A DNA stretch of 63,809 nucleotides from a bacterium (GCA_027624555.1 JAQBWN010000001.1:1-63809); one strand, 5' to 3'. Counted from the stretch's first letter, positions 26,038-35,287 are shown. Notes: a model not told the origin generated them from the letters alone. Translations and numbers: made by a program.

Positions 26038-27621
26038 ATGCAACTTCCTCCCGAAGTACAAACGGTTATCGAAAAACTTAATTCCGCTGGTTTTGAGGCG
26101 TATGCCGTCGGCGGATGCGTGAGGGATCTTTTACTAGGCAAAGAACCAAAAGATTGGGATATAACTACTTCTGCAAATCCCGATGAAATACAAAAAGTAT
26201 TTCCGAATTCTTTTTATACGAATAATTTTGGAACGGTAACTGTTCGCACTGGCGCTTCCCGCCAAAGCTCCCACCCCCTCCAACTCCCCCTCGGGCAGGG
26301 GGAGAGAACTGCGACACCTATCTCGGAAATCGAAGTTACGACATACCGCATAGACGCGGGGTATAACGATCAGCGGCATCCGGATTCTGTGACGTTTACG
26401 AAAAGTTTAAAAGAGGATTTGGCGAGACGGGATTTTACGGTGAATAGTATGGCGTTAGCGCCCGGCCCCTCAACACCAGGTGTTGGCGCGTTAACACCTG
26501 GTGTTTTCCCGCCGGGCGCCAGCGACACCGTCGTCATCGACGGCATGACGATCATCGACCCATTTGGCGGATTACAAGATTTACACAACCAATTGATTCG
26601 CGCGGTTGGCACGCCAAGCGAACGGTTTTCTGAAGATGCGCTTCGCTTAATGCGCGCCGTACGATTTTCTGCACAGCTTTCATTTAAGATAGAAGAACAT
26701 ACACTCAAAGCGATTACAGAATATGCGCCATCAATTACTGCCGTATCTCATGAACGCATTTGCGATGAATTAATAAAAATTGTTGAAAGTAAAAATCCCG
26801 AAAACGGAATGAACGTATTGCAACAAACCGGGCTGCTTGCTTTAATACTCCCCGAAGTTCAAGAGGGGGTTGGTGTAGGGCAAAATAAACATCACATTTA
26901 CACTGTCTTCGACCACTGCATTAAATCTTTACAATATGCTGCGCATTTTGAATATCCACTGCATGTTCGCCTGGCTGCACTTTTTCACGATATCGGGAAA
27001 CCCCGCACTAGAAGGCTTGCGCCTTCAGTGCAGGGCAAGGCCCCTGATTATACTTTTTATGGGCATGATATTGTCGGCGCACGCATGACGGAACACCTCA
27101 TGAAACGATTAAAGTTTTCGAGTGAACTGACGAAGCAAGTAAGCCACCTCGTTCGCCAACACATGTTTTATTACGATGTGGATAAAGTCACACCGGCTGG
27201 CGCACGAAGACTACTCCGAAGAGTTGGGAAAGAAAATTTTGGCGATTTAATTAAACTCCGCATTGCCGAACGCAAAGGTTCTGGCGTTCCAAAAGCAGAG
27301 CCGTACAGGCTACGCCATTTGCAGTTCATGGTAGAAAACGCTTCTAAGGAACCAATATCCGTAGGCCAGCTTGCTATCTCGGGCAATGAATTAGTGAACG
27401 ATTTAGGTATGCGTCCAGGACCAATATTCGGCGGAATACTAAATGCATTACTCGCAGAGGTATTAGAAGACCCGAAGAAAAATACAAAAGAATATCTCTT
27501 GCAGCGAGCAAGTGAGATAAAGGATAAAAGCCCAGATGAACTTAAAAAACTTGGAGCAATTGCAATTGAAGAGGAAGAGAAAAAACAGGAAGAAGAGATA
27601 AAACGAAAATATCACGTGTAG
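26038..27621 (+). CDS. cca: CCA-adding enzyme (class II nucleotidyltransferase with HD domain), carrying two in-frame repeat insertions
   Basis: 527 aa from ATG 26038 (MQLPPEVQTVIEKL...). GGCVRD motif, RDFTVNSMA, DALRLMRAVRF, HDIGKP. The track ORF start (25915) lies over tRNA-Ile. Confidence 0.88.
   Translation: MQLPPEVQTVIEKLNSAGFEAYAVGGCVRDLLLGKEPKDWDITTSANPDEIQKVFPNSFYTNNFGTVTVRTGASRQSSHPLQLPLGQGERTATPISEIEVTTYRIDAGYNDQRHPDSVTFTKSLKEDLARRDFTVNSMALAPGPSTPGVGALTPGVFPPGASDTVVIDGMTIIDPFGGLQDLHNQLIRAVGTPSERFSEDALRLMRAVRFSAQLSFKIEEHTLKAITEYAPSITAVSHERICDELIKIVESKNPENGMNVLQQTGLLALILPEVQEGVGVGQNKHHIYTVFDHCIKSLQYAAHFEYPLHVRLAALFHDIGKPRTRRLAPSVQGKAPDYTFYGHDIVGARMTEHLMKRLKFSSELTKQVSHLVRQHMFYYDVDKVTPAGARRLLRRVGKENFGDLIKLRIAERKGSGVPKAEPYRLRHLQFMVENASKEPISVGQLAISGNELVNDLGMRPGPIFGGILNALLAEVLEDPKKNTKEYLLQRASEIKDKSPDELKKLGAIAIEEEEKKQEEEIKRKYHV
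26268..26315. repeat. GC-rich palindromic repeat, family B (short form), in frame inside cca
   Basis: ctcccaccccctccaactccccctcggg-cagggggagagaactgcgac. The first 28 nt are identical to 50515-50542. Translated as ...SSHPLQLPLGQGERTAT... Confidence 0.8.
26458..26519. repeat. GC-rich nested palindrome, in frame inside cca
   Basis: gcgcccggc...aacaccaggtgtt-ggcgcg-ttaacacctggtgtt...gccgggcgc. Translated as APGPSTPGVGALTPGVFPPGA between RDFTVNSMA and IDPFGG. Confidence 0.7.
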
Positions 27622-27670
27622 CGCTTCTCCCCCTTTTCAAGGGGAGGAGAACGTATGTTACAATTTATTC

Positions 27671-27925
27671 ATGTCATTCCTCTTTTTCTTTCTCGGCTCG
27701 CTCATGATGATCGCCGGCTTTATGATGGTTTGGAAAACAGCATGGTGGGAAAATAATTGGGGAGATATCGGTGCCATGGTCGGCATTCACGGATCTGCAC
27801 TTTCTAGTTGGAAAATTGCCGGGGTTATTATGATGTTTATCGGATTCCTCGTTGCGTTCAATATTTTAGGAAGCCTTTTCTACTTATTAGTAGGACAATT
27901 TATCCCCACAGGATTCGGGCAATAA
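27671..27925 (+). CDS. Small membrane protein (84 aa, 3 TM)
   Basis: Hydrophobic ORF with no known motif. Confidence 0.5.
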   Translation: MSFLFFFLGSLMMIAGFMMVWKTAWWENNWGDIGAMVGIHGSALSSWKIAGVIMMFIGFLVAFNILGSLFYLLVGQFIPTGFGQ

Positions 27926-28017
27926 ATTTGCAAAATCATACATAAAAAGGTTAAATAAGATTTGTAGTTCATAGCAACAGAAGGGCGTAGCCCTGAAGTG
28001 TGCTTGTCACTACTTCA

Positions 28018-28090
28018 GGGCCCCTAGCTCATTTGGTAGAGCGCCTCGCTTGCACCGAGGAGGTGATCGGTTCGAATCCGATGGGGTCCA
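28018..28090 (+). tRNA. tRNA-Ala(UGC)
   Basis: gggcccc-ta-gctc-atttggta-gagc-g-cctcg-ctTGCac-cgagg-aggtg-atcgg-ttcgaat-ccgat-ggggtcc-a. G3:U70 identity pair present. Confidence 0.92.
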
Positions 28091-28196
28091 CTTGCTTTTT
28101 ATCGCTATCCTCGCTAGGGTAGCGATACTGTTTACCAGATACGTATCTGGCCTGGATTGGACATTTACTTACAAATATTTTCAAGGGATCGCTCTG

Positions 28197-28880
28197 ATGA
28201 ATGAGAGTCTCAAACTTCAATTGCTTCAGATAGCTCAAAAACGAGATGCCCTACGAATGGATCAGGCAATCTTCACACTGAAATCTGGCCGGCAAAGCCC
28301 ATACTTCTTCAATGCCGGCATGCTTCAAGATGCGGAAGCTTATGAAATTCTTTCAGAAGCATTTGCTTCAGCAATCGAAGACGAATGCCGAAACGGATTG
28401 TCATTTCACACACTCTACGGACCGGCATCCAAAGGAATACCGCTTGCAATGATTGCGGCTACGGGTCTTTACCGACGCAATCGTTCATATCGTTTTCCTT
28501 TTGTGTTCAACCGCAAAGAATCAAAAGACTACGGGGAAAAAAGGGGGTTTCTCGTTGGGGATTCCATTTTAGGCAGGCGAATACTCATAGTGGACGATGT
28601 AATTACCGCAGGCACCGCCGTAGAGGAATCTATTGAGCATATTAAAAGTGCCGGAGGAATCCCTGCGGGTCTCGCAATTATTCTGGATCGACAGGAAAGA
28701 GGCAAAGATACGGCCGACTCTGCGATTCAGGAAGTTCAAAAAAAATATCACATGCCCGCTTTTAGTATTTTGAAGCTCGACGATCTTTTAAAACATTTAG
28801 GAGAAATGAACGTTCCTCCCGAGATCGCGAATGCGATGCAAGAGTACCGCGCTCAGTACGGAGTGACGTACGAGGAATAA
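28197..28880 (+). CDS. pyrE: Orotate phosphoribosyltransferase
   Basis: 227 aa from ATG 28197 (MNESLKLQLL...). FTLKSGRQSPYFFN and the PRPP motif ILIVDDVITAGTA. The track ORF start (28050) lies inside tRNA-Ala. Confidence 0.88.
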   Translation: MNESLKLQLLQIAQKRDALRMDQAIFTLKSGRQSPYFFNAGMLQDAEAYEILSEAFASAIEDECRNGLSFHTLYGPASKGIPLAMIAATGLYRRNRSYRFPFVFNRKESKDYGEKRGFLVGDSILGRRILIVDDVITAGTAVEESIEHIKSAGGIPAGLAIILDRQERGKDTADSAIQEVQKKYHMPAFSILKLDDLLKHLGEMNVPPEIANAMQEYRAQYGVTYEE

Positions 28881-28891
28881 CACAACACGAC

Positions 28892-28928
28892 GAGCCGCAA
28901 TCACTTCAATTGCGGCTCTTTTTCTTTT
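28892..28928 (+). terminator. Rho-independent terminator
   Basis: gagccgcaa-tcacttca-attgcggctc followed by tttttctttt. Confidence 0.8.
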
Positions 28929-28994
28929 GACTTATATCTACCCGAGGAATACGCTAAATATAGTTTTCATCCTTCATACTCGAATCGAAAGGAG

Positions 28995-29714
28995 GTGTCA
29001 CTTATGGCAGAATATAATTCTTTCTTAACAGTTTGGGCAGGTGCAGTAGGAACGTCCTTAACCGACCTTTGGTTTCAATTTGTAAGCATTATTCCTAACG
29101 TCATTGCGGCTCTCGTCGTGTTCTTTATTGGATGGAGTATTGCAATTGGCCTTGGGAAATTAGTTGAAAAACTCATGGTAATGCTTCGCATCAACAGCGC
29201 GTTTGATTCCATAACGGGTCTCAAACGAGCAGTAGAACAAGCAGGGTTAAAGTTGGATATTGCTCATCTTCTTGGGGAAATCTTTAAATGGTTCCTCATT
29301 ATTGTGACGCTCTTAGCATCTACCGACATTTTGGGATTAAACCAAGTATCTCAATTCCTAAACGCGGTACTTGTGTACATTCCAAATGTTATAGTTGCAG
29401 CAATAATACTCGTTATCTCTGTAGTGCTTGCGAACTTCGTGTATCGCACAGTACTCGCGAGTGTTGAAGCAGCAGGCTTTACAAGCGGAGGTGCAATTGC
29501 AGCACTTAGCAAATGGTCAATCTTGGTCTTTGCTATCCTTGCAGCATTGCTCCAATTAAATGTAGCAACTCAACTTCTTCAAACGTTCCTCACTGCATTC
29601 TTCGCAATGGTTGCAATAGCAGGCGGGCTCGCGTTTGGATTAGGAGGTAAAGATCTTGCAGCAAAATGGCTTCAAAAAGCCGAGCATGATCTATCAGGAA
29701 AAAGACATCTATAA
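28995..29714 (+). CDS. Membrane protein with repeated conserved TM-helix modules (MscS-associated TM_helix-like)
   Basis: 239 aa (GTG 28995 or ATG 29004). Four or five TM helices with repeating NVIAALVVFFIGW / NVIVAAIILVISV type segments. Confidence 0.5.
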   Translation: MSLMAEYNSFLTVWAGAVGTSLTDLWFQFVSIIPNVIAALVVFFIGWSIAIGLGKLVEKLMVMLRINSAFDSITGLKRAVEQAGLKLDIAHLLGEIFKWFLIIVTLLASTDILGLNQVSQFLNAVLVYIPNVIVAAIILVISVVLANFVYRTVLASVEAAGFTSGGAIAALSKWSILVFAILAALLQLNVATQLLQTFLTAFFAMVAIAGGLAFGLGGKDLAAKWLQKAEHDLSGKRHL

Positions 29715-29728
29715 GACATGAGAATAAT

Positions 29729-29763
29729 CCTCCTTCGCCCTTACGGGCTTCGGCGGACAAAGC
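29729..29763. repeat. GC-rich repeat, family C
   Basis: cctccttcgcccttacgggcttcggcggacaaagc. Its reverse complement shares gtccgccgaagcccg...gggcgaagg with 35082-35127. Confidence 0.65.
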
Positions 29764-29786
29764 AAAAGCAACTTGTCTACAAAGAT

Positions 29787-29822
29787 AAAAACGACCCCTT
29801 AGCAGTAGGTGGGTCGTTTTTA
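29787..29822 (+). terminator. Rho-independent terminator
   Basis: aaaacgaccc-cttagcagtaggt-gggtcgtttt followed by ta. Confidence 0.65.
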
Positions 29823-29879
29823 TATAGTAACGGTTTATGATATTCTTGAATTACATACTATAATCTCCCTCTAACCAAT

Positions 29880-30470
29880 ATGACCCTAAATCAATACCTA
29901 CGCATAACATCTGTTGCGATGCCTATTTTTGCTGCTGCATACATAGCATTTTACTTTGCATCTAAGCTCCTTAGTGTTCCTGGCCCTCGTCGTGGTGACG
30001 TAATAGGGTACATAATTTCCGATACAGCTATATTTGTTATTCCTTTTGTGCTGGGAGGATTATCACTGCGATTAGCAGCAGGTCTTTCACAATCTAGTTC
30101 TACATTGCAAAATTCCTACCTTAATCCGAAAGTAAGGAAGACTGCTATTCTTACCCTTGCAGCATACACCGCGCTCTCCATTGGACTTGCCACCGTAATA
30201 CCACTAGAGCAGATGGACTGGAAAACCCTATCATATGGCCCTATGGGACCAGCAGCTCCTTTAATTTTTGCAGGTATTTTATTCTTCTGGTTTTTTGGCC
30301 AAATAATCACATTAATCGCATGGAGTATAATCAGGACAAAAATACGGAAGAATGCTCCTGAGGATTCATGGCTAAGACTAAGTTTTATCACACTCAATAT
30401 ATTACACATAGTAGGAATCTTGAGTATTGTTTTTTACTTCATACTCGCGATCGGAGAGGGATTGTTTTAG
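29880..30470 (+). CDS. Hypothetical polytopic membrane protein
   Basis: 196 aa with about 6 hydrophobic spans. No motif recognised. Confidence 0.5.
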   Translation: MTLNQYLRITSVAMPIFAAAYIAFYFASKLLSVPGPRRGDVIGYIISDTAIFVIPFVLGGLSLRLAAGLSQSSSTLQNSYLNPKVRKTAILTLAAYTALSIGLATVIPLEQMDWKTLSYGPMGPAAPLIFAGILFFWFFGQIITLIAWSIIRTKIRKNAPEDSWLRLSFITLNILHIVGILSIVFYFILAIGEGLF

Positions 30471-30554
30471 CCTGATTGGATTACACTGTGTAGGTGGCTC
30501 GTTTTTTGTTAGTGAAGGTTAGCGTCAGAGAATAACAAGTGATACAATTCGGAA

Positions 30555-30935
30555 ATGGATCTACTAATAGCCTTACCCGCCTTAGCGATATTATTACTTA
30601 GTATTTTTGTTGGGCAGCCTTGGAAACGTGGTATTAGCATAGCGTCTTCTTTTGTGTACATCCTAGTTGCAATACTTTTATTTGTGATTCCATCGTTCAT
30701 TCCCATAACCACCTCTAATCCTGGCTATGGTTCTCCTACAGGTCTCGTGAGGACTTTCTATTACGGACTGGCTCTTGTAACCTTTTTTCCACTGTCCGTG
30801 GTTATGTTATGCATTGACCTTCTAGTAAGTAGGCAAAAAATCGTCCTCGGCAATGGCACAAAAATCATTTGTGGCCTTATTTACATTGCCACACTTACTA
30901 TATTTCTTTGGGGATTTAATCTTGCTTTAAAATAG
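30555..30935 (+). CDS. Hypothetical membrane protein
   Basis: 126 aa with about 4 hydrophobic spans. No motif recognised. Confidence 0.45.
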   Translation: MDLLIALPALAILLLSIFVGQPWKRGISIASSFVYILVAILLFVIPSFIPITTSNPGYGSPTGLVRTFYYGLALVTFFPLSVVMLCIDLLVSRQKIVLGNGTKIICGLIYIATLTIFLWGFNLALK

Positions 30936-30948
30936 CCCTAAATACCCC

Positions 30949-30976
30949 TTGACACGCCTACTTATCCCCATATACT
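30949..30976 (+). promoter_or_regulatory. Near-consensus promoter for the 23S-5S unit
   Basis: ttgaca (30949-30954), 16-nt spacer, tatact (30971-30976). Same hexamers as the 16S promoter. Confidence 0.6.
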
Positions 30977-31480
30977 ACTTAATAACTACGAACCGCCTCT
31001 GGCAGTTCCTCTAGACAACAAAATCATCCTAGAGAATAAGGAATTAAAGTGTAAGATTTTTTGTCTGTGGGTTGATTTATATTTCTTATTGTAAGGTTCT
31101 GAACTTTGACAATTTACTATAACGAAAGAAAGAAGATTCTATTGCAAAGAATCAAGAAAATAGATCACGCATGTAGATAGTAATAATGTATTACTAGCTC
31201 ATGCAATGCATATCCAAAAACTGTGACAAATAAAGTGAAATAATCATGTGTCATACACCGTTAAGAGTATATGGTGGATGCCTTGGTAATAGACAACGAT
31301 GAAGGACGTGGCCGGCTGCGATAAGCTACGGGTAGGTGCTGAGCAACCGATGATCCGTAGATTTCCGAATGGGGAAACCCCTTTACCGTAATTGGTATTG
31401 ACTACCTTGCTGCAAGGCAGGGATAGGGATAACCTGGCGAATTGAAACATCTTAGTAGCCAGAGGAAAAGAAACGAACGA

Positions 31481-31577
31481 TTAATTATTATTTTGTAGTT
31501 AGTAGCCAGTAGTGAGTAGTGCGTTTACGCGTCCTACTTACTACGAACTAAAACCTATTTAGTAAGTAATTAGTTAC
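31481..31577 (+). other. AT-rich expansion segment / intervening sequence in 23S domain I
   Basis: Inserted between ...gaaaagaaacgaacga and attcccccagtagtggcgagcgaa, which are contiguous in E. coli 23S. Internal hairpin: gtagtgagtag (31509-31519) with ctacttactac (31534-31544). Confidence 0.75.
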
Positions 31578-31872
31578 ATTCCCCCAGTAGTGGCGAGCGA
31601 AAAGGGAGGAGCCTAAACCATGTATGCGTAATAGCTCATAAGGCGTTGCATATGTGGGGTTGCAAGGTAATGCACTGTAAATTTATGAAAAACAAACGAA
31701 ATGTAAATGTCTGTCTAGAAGAACGCGGCTGGAATGCCCGACCATAGAGGGTGAGAGTCCCGTACACGAAAGATACAATTACTTCGTTCGCATTACCTTA
31801 AGTAGGGCGGGACACGTGAAATCCCGTTTGAATCCGGGAGGACTAAACTCCCAAGGCTAAATATGTCTATTA

Positions 31873-31911
<39 letters not shown>

Positions 31912-33377
31912 CACCCCGTTAAGGGGAATGAAATAGACCTGAAACCATATACTTACAGAGAGTAGGAGCTCCGCATTTATGCGGGGTGACTGCGTGCTTT
32001 TTGCAGAACGAACCATCGAGTTCGCTGTATGCCGTTTGCTTAAGTCTCATTCGAGACGGAGGCGTAGCGAAAGCGAGTATTAATAGTGCGTTTATAATGG
32101 CATGCACGAGACCCGAAACCGGGTGATCTATCCATGAGCAGGGTGAAGTTTTGCGAAAGCAAAATGGAGGCCCGAACCCGTTGGCCGTTCAATACCATGG
32201 GATGACTTGTGGATAGCGGAGAAATTCCAATCGAACCCGGAAATAGCTGGTTCTCGTCGAAATAGCTTTAGGGCTAGCCTCGTGAGTTACCCAAGAGAGG
32301 TAGAGCACTGCAAGGGATTAGAGGGCTTTACGTTCTCAACCCTAGCAAACTCCGAATACTCTTGGCTTTCATCACGGGAGTCAGAACGTGGGGGCTAAGC
32401 TCCACGATCAAAAGGGAAACAGCCCAGATCATAACTTAAGGTCCCAAAATGCTGCCTAAGTGGTTAAGGTGGTGGAGTTGCACAGACAGCGAGGCAGTTG
32501 GCTTAGAAGCAGCCACCTGTTAAAGAAAGCGTAATAGCTCACTCGTTAAGCGATTCTGCGCCGAAAATTCAACGGGGCTCAAGGCAGCTACCGAAAGTAT
32601 GAATGCCCTCGCCTTAAAACGAGGGCGTGGTAGACGAGCGTTTCATTTGCGTCGAAGGTGTACCGTGAGGTCCGCTGGAGCGAATGAAAGTGAGGATGAT
32701 GGTATAAGTAACATGACACATGGTGAGAACCCATGTCACCGTAAATCTAAGGTTTCCTGGGCAATGTCGATCATCCCAGGGTTAGTCGATCCTAAGCTCA
32801 GGCCGAAAGGCGTAGGCGATGGACAGCAGGTTAATATTCCTGCACCGACTATATAGTTCGTATAGCATGACGAATCGTCGCACCTTGTCAGGACATATGA
32901 CTTATTCCTGCGCGGCACATGTAGTTGGACCGCTTTGGTAAATCCGGGTGGTTTCCGCTTCGGCGGGTAACAGTGAAGTGTCTCGGGAGAGCGCGAGCTT
33001 CGGCTCAAACCTCTATAAGGAAAGAAGGTTCCCGGAAAAGTGTAGTACGATTTCCTATATGGCCGATCGTACCGAAAACCAACACAGGTAGATGGATGTA
33101 AGTGCATTAAGGTGATCGGGAGAACCCTCGTTAAGGAACTCGGCAAAACAGCAGCCGTACGTTCGCAATAAGGCTTCCCGTTATGGCTCGCAAGAGTTGT
33201 GACGGGCGCAGCGCAAGATCCCTGGCGACTGTTTACCAAAAACACAGGTTCCTGCTAACTCGTAAGAGGATGTATAGGAGCTGACTCCTGGCCAGTGTCG
33301 GAACGTTAAACCCGCTTGTTAACGCGAGTGGGCCAAGCGCCGATGAACGCCGGCCGTAACTATAACGGTCCTATGGT

Positions 33378-33730
33378 AGAGGAATTTACCCCAATATTAT
33401 ATATTGTGGCTTTTGCTGCCTTAGTAAAACTTAGCTATATGCTGGAAACCCTGAGTATCTCAAGATACTAATTTGTCATTCCGGACTTGATCCGGAATCC
33501 AAGTAGTGAAAATTCTTGAGTGCAGACAATCAGCAGGAAACCATTCTGTAAAAAGAATAGGATCCTCAGAGACTACACGCTAGGCCCTGAACCCCACGTG
33601 GTTTAGGGATGATATAGTCCGACCTGTATGGCGACATACAGAGCTTGCGAGAAATCGTAAGCCACGTAATTGGTAAAAAAGCGAAACTTAACGAAGAAAA
33701 TAATCGAGAGACAATACGTCGTAACATTCG
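33378..33730 (+). ncRNA. Group I intron in 23S rRNA (about E. coli position 1931), no ORF
   Basis: Interrupts ...aacggtcctatggt | agcgaaattccttg.... The 5' exon ends in U and the intron ends in G33730. Canonical R element tcagagactacacg (33566-33579) and S element gatgatatagtcc (33608-33620). P8: ccctgaacc/ggtttaggg. Confidence 0.85.
33472..33503. repeat. MITE-like left-end module nested inside the 23S intron
   Basis: tttgtcattccggacttgatccggaatccaag parallels 5609-5640 (tttgtcatgccggacttgatccggcatccaga). Confidence 0.7.
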
Positions 33731-34283
33731 AGCGAAATTCCTTGGCAGGTAAGTTCTGTCCCGCACGAATGGAGTCACGACTGGGGAACTGTCTCAACGA
33801 GGGACCCGGTGAAATTGCAATGTCGGTAAAGATGCCGCCACCCTGCGGCTAGACGGAAAGACCCCATGAAGCTTCACTGCAACTTGGTATTGGCTCTTCG
33901 AACATAATGCTCAGTATAGGTGGGAGACTATGATGGCTCTGCTTCGGCGGAGTCGGAGTCACAATATGAGATACCACCCTTTATGTTTGACGCGTCTAAC
34001 AGCGTAGTGTGAAACCACTACCTGGACAGTGCCTGGTGGGTAGTTTATCTGGGGCGGATTCCTCATAAATTGTAACTGAGGAGCCTATAAGGTCAGCTAG
34101 ATACGGATGGAAACCGTGTCGATAGTGCAAAGGCATAAGCTGGCTTCACTGCAAGACATACATGTCGCGCAGACACGAAAGTGGAGCTTAGTGAACCGAC
34201 CGTTCTCATATAGAAGAGCGGAAGATCATCGGATAAAAGCTACTCTGGGGATAACAGGCTTATCTCCCCCAATAGTCCACATA

Positions 34284-34318
<35 letters not shown>

Positions 34319-34540
34319 CTATCCTGGGGCTGAAGAAGGTCCCAAGGGTTTGGCTGTTCGCCAATTAAAAGGGTACGCGAGCTGGGTTCAAACCGTCGCA
34401 AGACAGGTTGGACCCTATCTGTCGCAGGCGTGGAAACTTGAGGATCGTCCTTCCTAGTACGAGAGGACCGGAAGGGACCAACCTCTGGTGTACCAGCTGT
34501 TCAGTTCTTGAGCATTGCTGGGTAGCTACGTTGGGCTGGT

Positions 34541-34572
<32 letters not shown>

Positions 34573-34910
34573 CAATCCAAGACCAGGTTTCGTATGAGAC
34601 TCCTAGAAGACTACTAGGTTGATAGGTGGGAGGTGTACGCGCAGCAATGCGTTGAGCCGACCCATACTAATTAGTCCAGTTGTATGAATACGTGTTTATT
34701 TCACTTGACGTGAACTGAAACGGTTCGTACTTCCTCGCAAGATATAAATATTAGAATAAGCAATTAGGTCTAGTAAAAGGGAAGGCAAGTCACAGTGATG
34801 TATACGCAAAGCTGGGCTAGTAATATATTAGTACTATTACATAGCGTGATCATATATCTTGTTCAAGTAATAGAGTTTTCTTTCTTTCGTTTATATTTCT
34901 TCGATCTAAT

Positions 34911-35032
34911 GTTCGCGGTGTCTCAAGCGAAAGGGAAACACCTGTTCCCATTCCGAACACAGCAGTTAAGCCTTTCAGCGCCGATGGTAGTTAGAATTAA
35001 TACTTTAGCAAGAGTAGGCCGATGCCGCGTAC
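34911..35032 (+). rRNA. rrf: 5S ribosomal RNA
   Basis: ...cctgttcccattccgaacacagcagttaagc...gccgatggtagt...agagtaggc.... Terminal helix gttcgcggtg with tgccgcgtac. Confidence 0.9.
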
Positions 35033-35051
35033 ATTGTACCGAAGAAAAATA

Positions 35052-35076
35052 AAAAGCTCCTGAAGGGGAGCTTTTT
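35052..35076 (+). terminator. Rho-independent terminator after 5S
   Basis: aaaagctcc-tgaag-gggagctttt followed by tg. Confidence 0.7.
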
Positions 35077-35081
35077 GATTT

Positions 35082-35127
35082 GCGGACTAAAGTCCGCCGA
35101 AGCCCGCTACGGCGGGCGAAGGCGGAG
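35082..35127. repeat. GC-rich repeat, family C, overlapping the 3' end of tRNA-Ser
   Basis: gcggactaaagtccgccgaagcccgctacggcgggcgaaggcggag. Shares a 15-nt identity (gtccgccgaagcccg) with the reverse complement of 29729-29763. Confidence 0.65.
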
Positions 35128-35209
35128 AGGGTGAGATTTGAACTCACGAGACCGGTAAAGGTCTAGTCGCTTTCGAGGCGACCGCACTAGGCCACTATGC
35201 GACCTCTCC
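35123..35209 (-). tRNA. tRNA-Ser(CGA)
   Basis: Reverse complement: ggagagg...gtcgc-ctCGAaa-gcgac, long variable arm (tagacctttaccggtctc), gtgag-ttcaaat-ctcac, cctctcc, G73. Confidence 0.88.
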
Positions 35210-35252
35210 CGTATAAGTACACTAGCGCTATTGGTTTATATACGCCAGCTAA

Positions 35253-35287
35253 GACGCGTGGATTCTTACGTCAAGCCCGGAATGACA
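35253..35287. repeat. MITE-like right-end module
   Basis: gacgcgtggattcttacgtcaagcccggaatgaca parallels 5646-5679. Confidence 0.65.

Noticed and set aside
25452-30507. A shared 12-mer, ctgtgtaggtgg, at 25452-25463 and 30496-30507, as a possible regulatory motif.
   Set aside because: A single exact 12-nt match between two sites is expected by chance many times in a 64-kb window. The flanks do not align.
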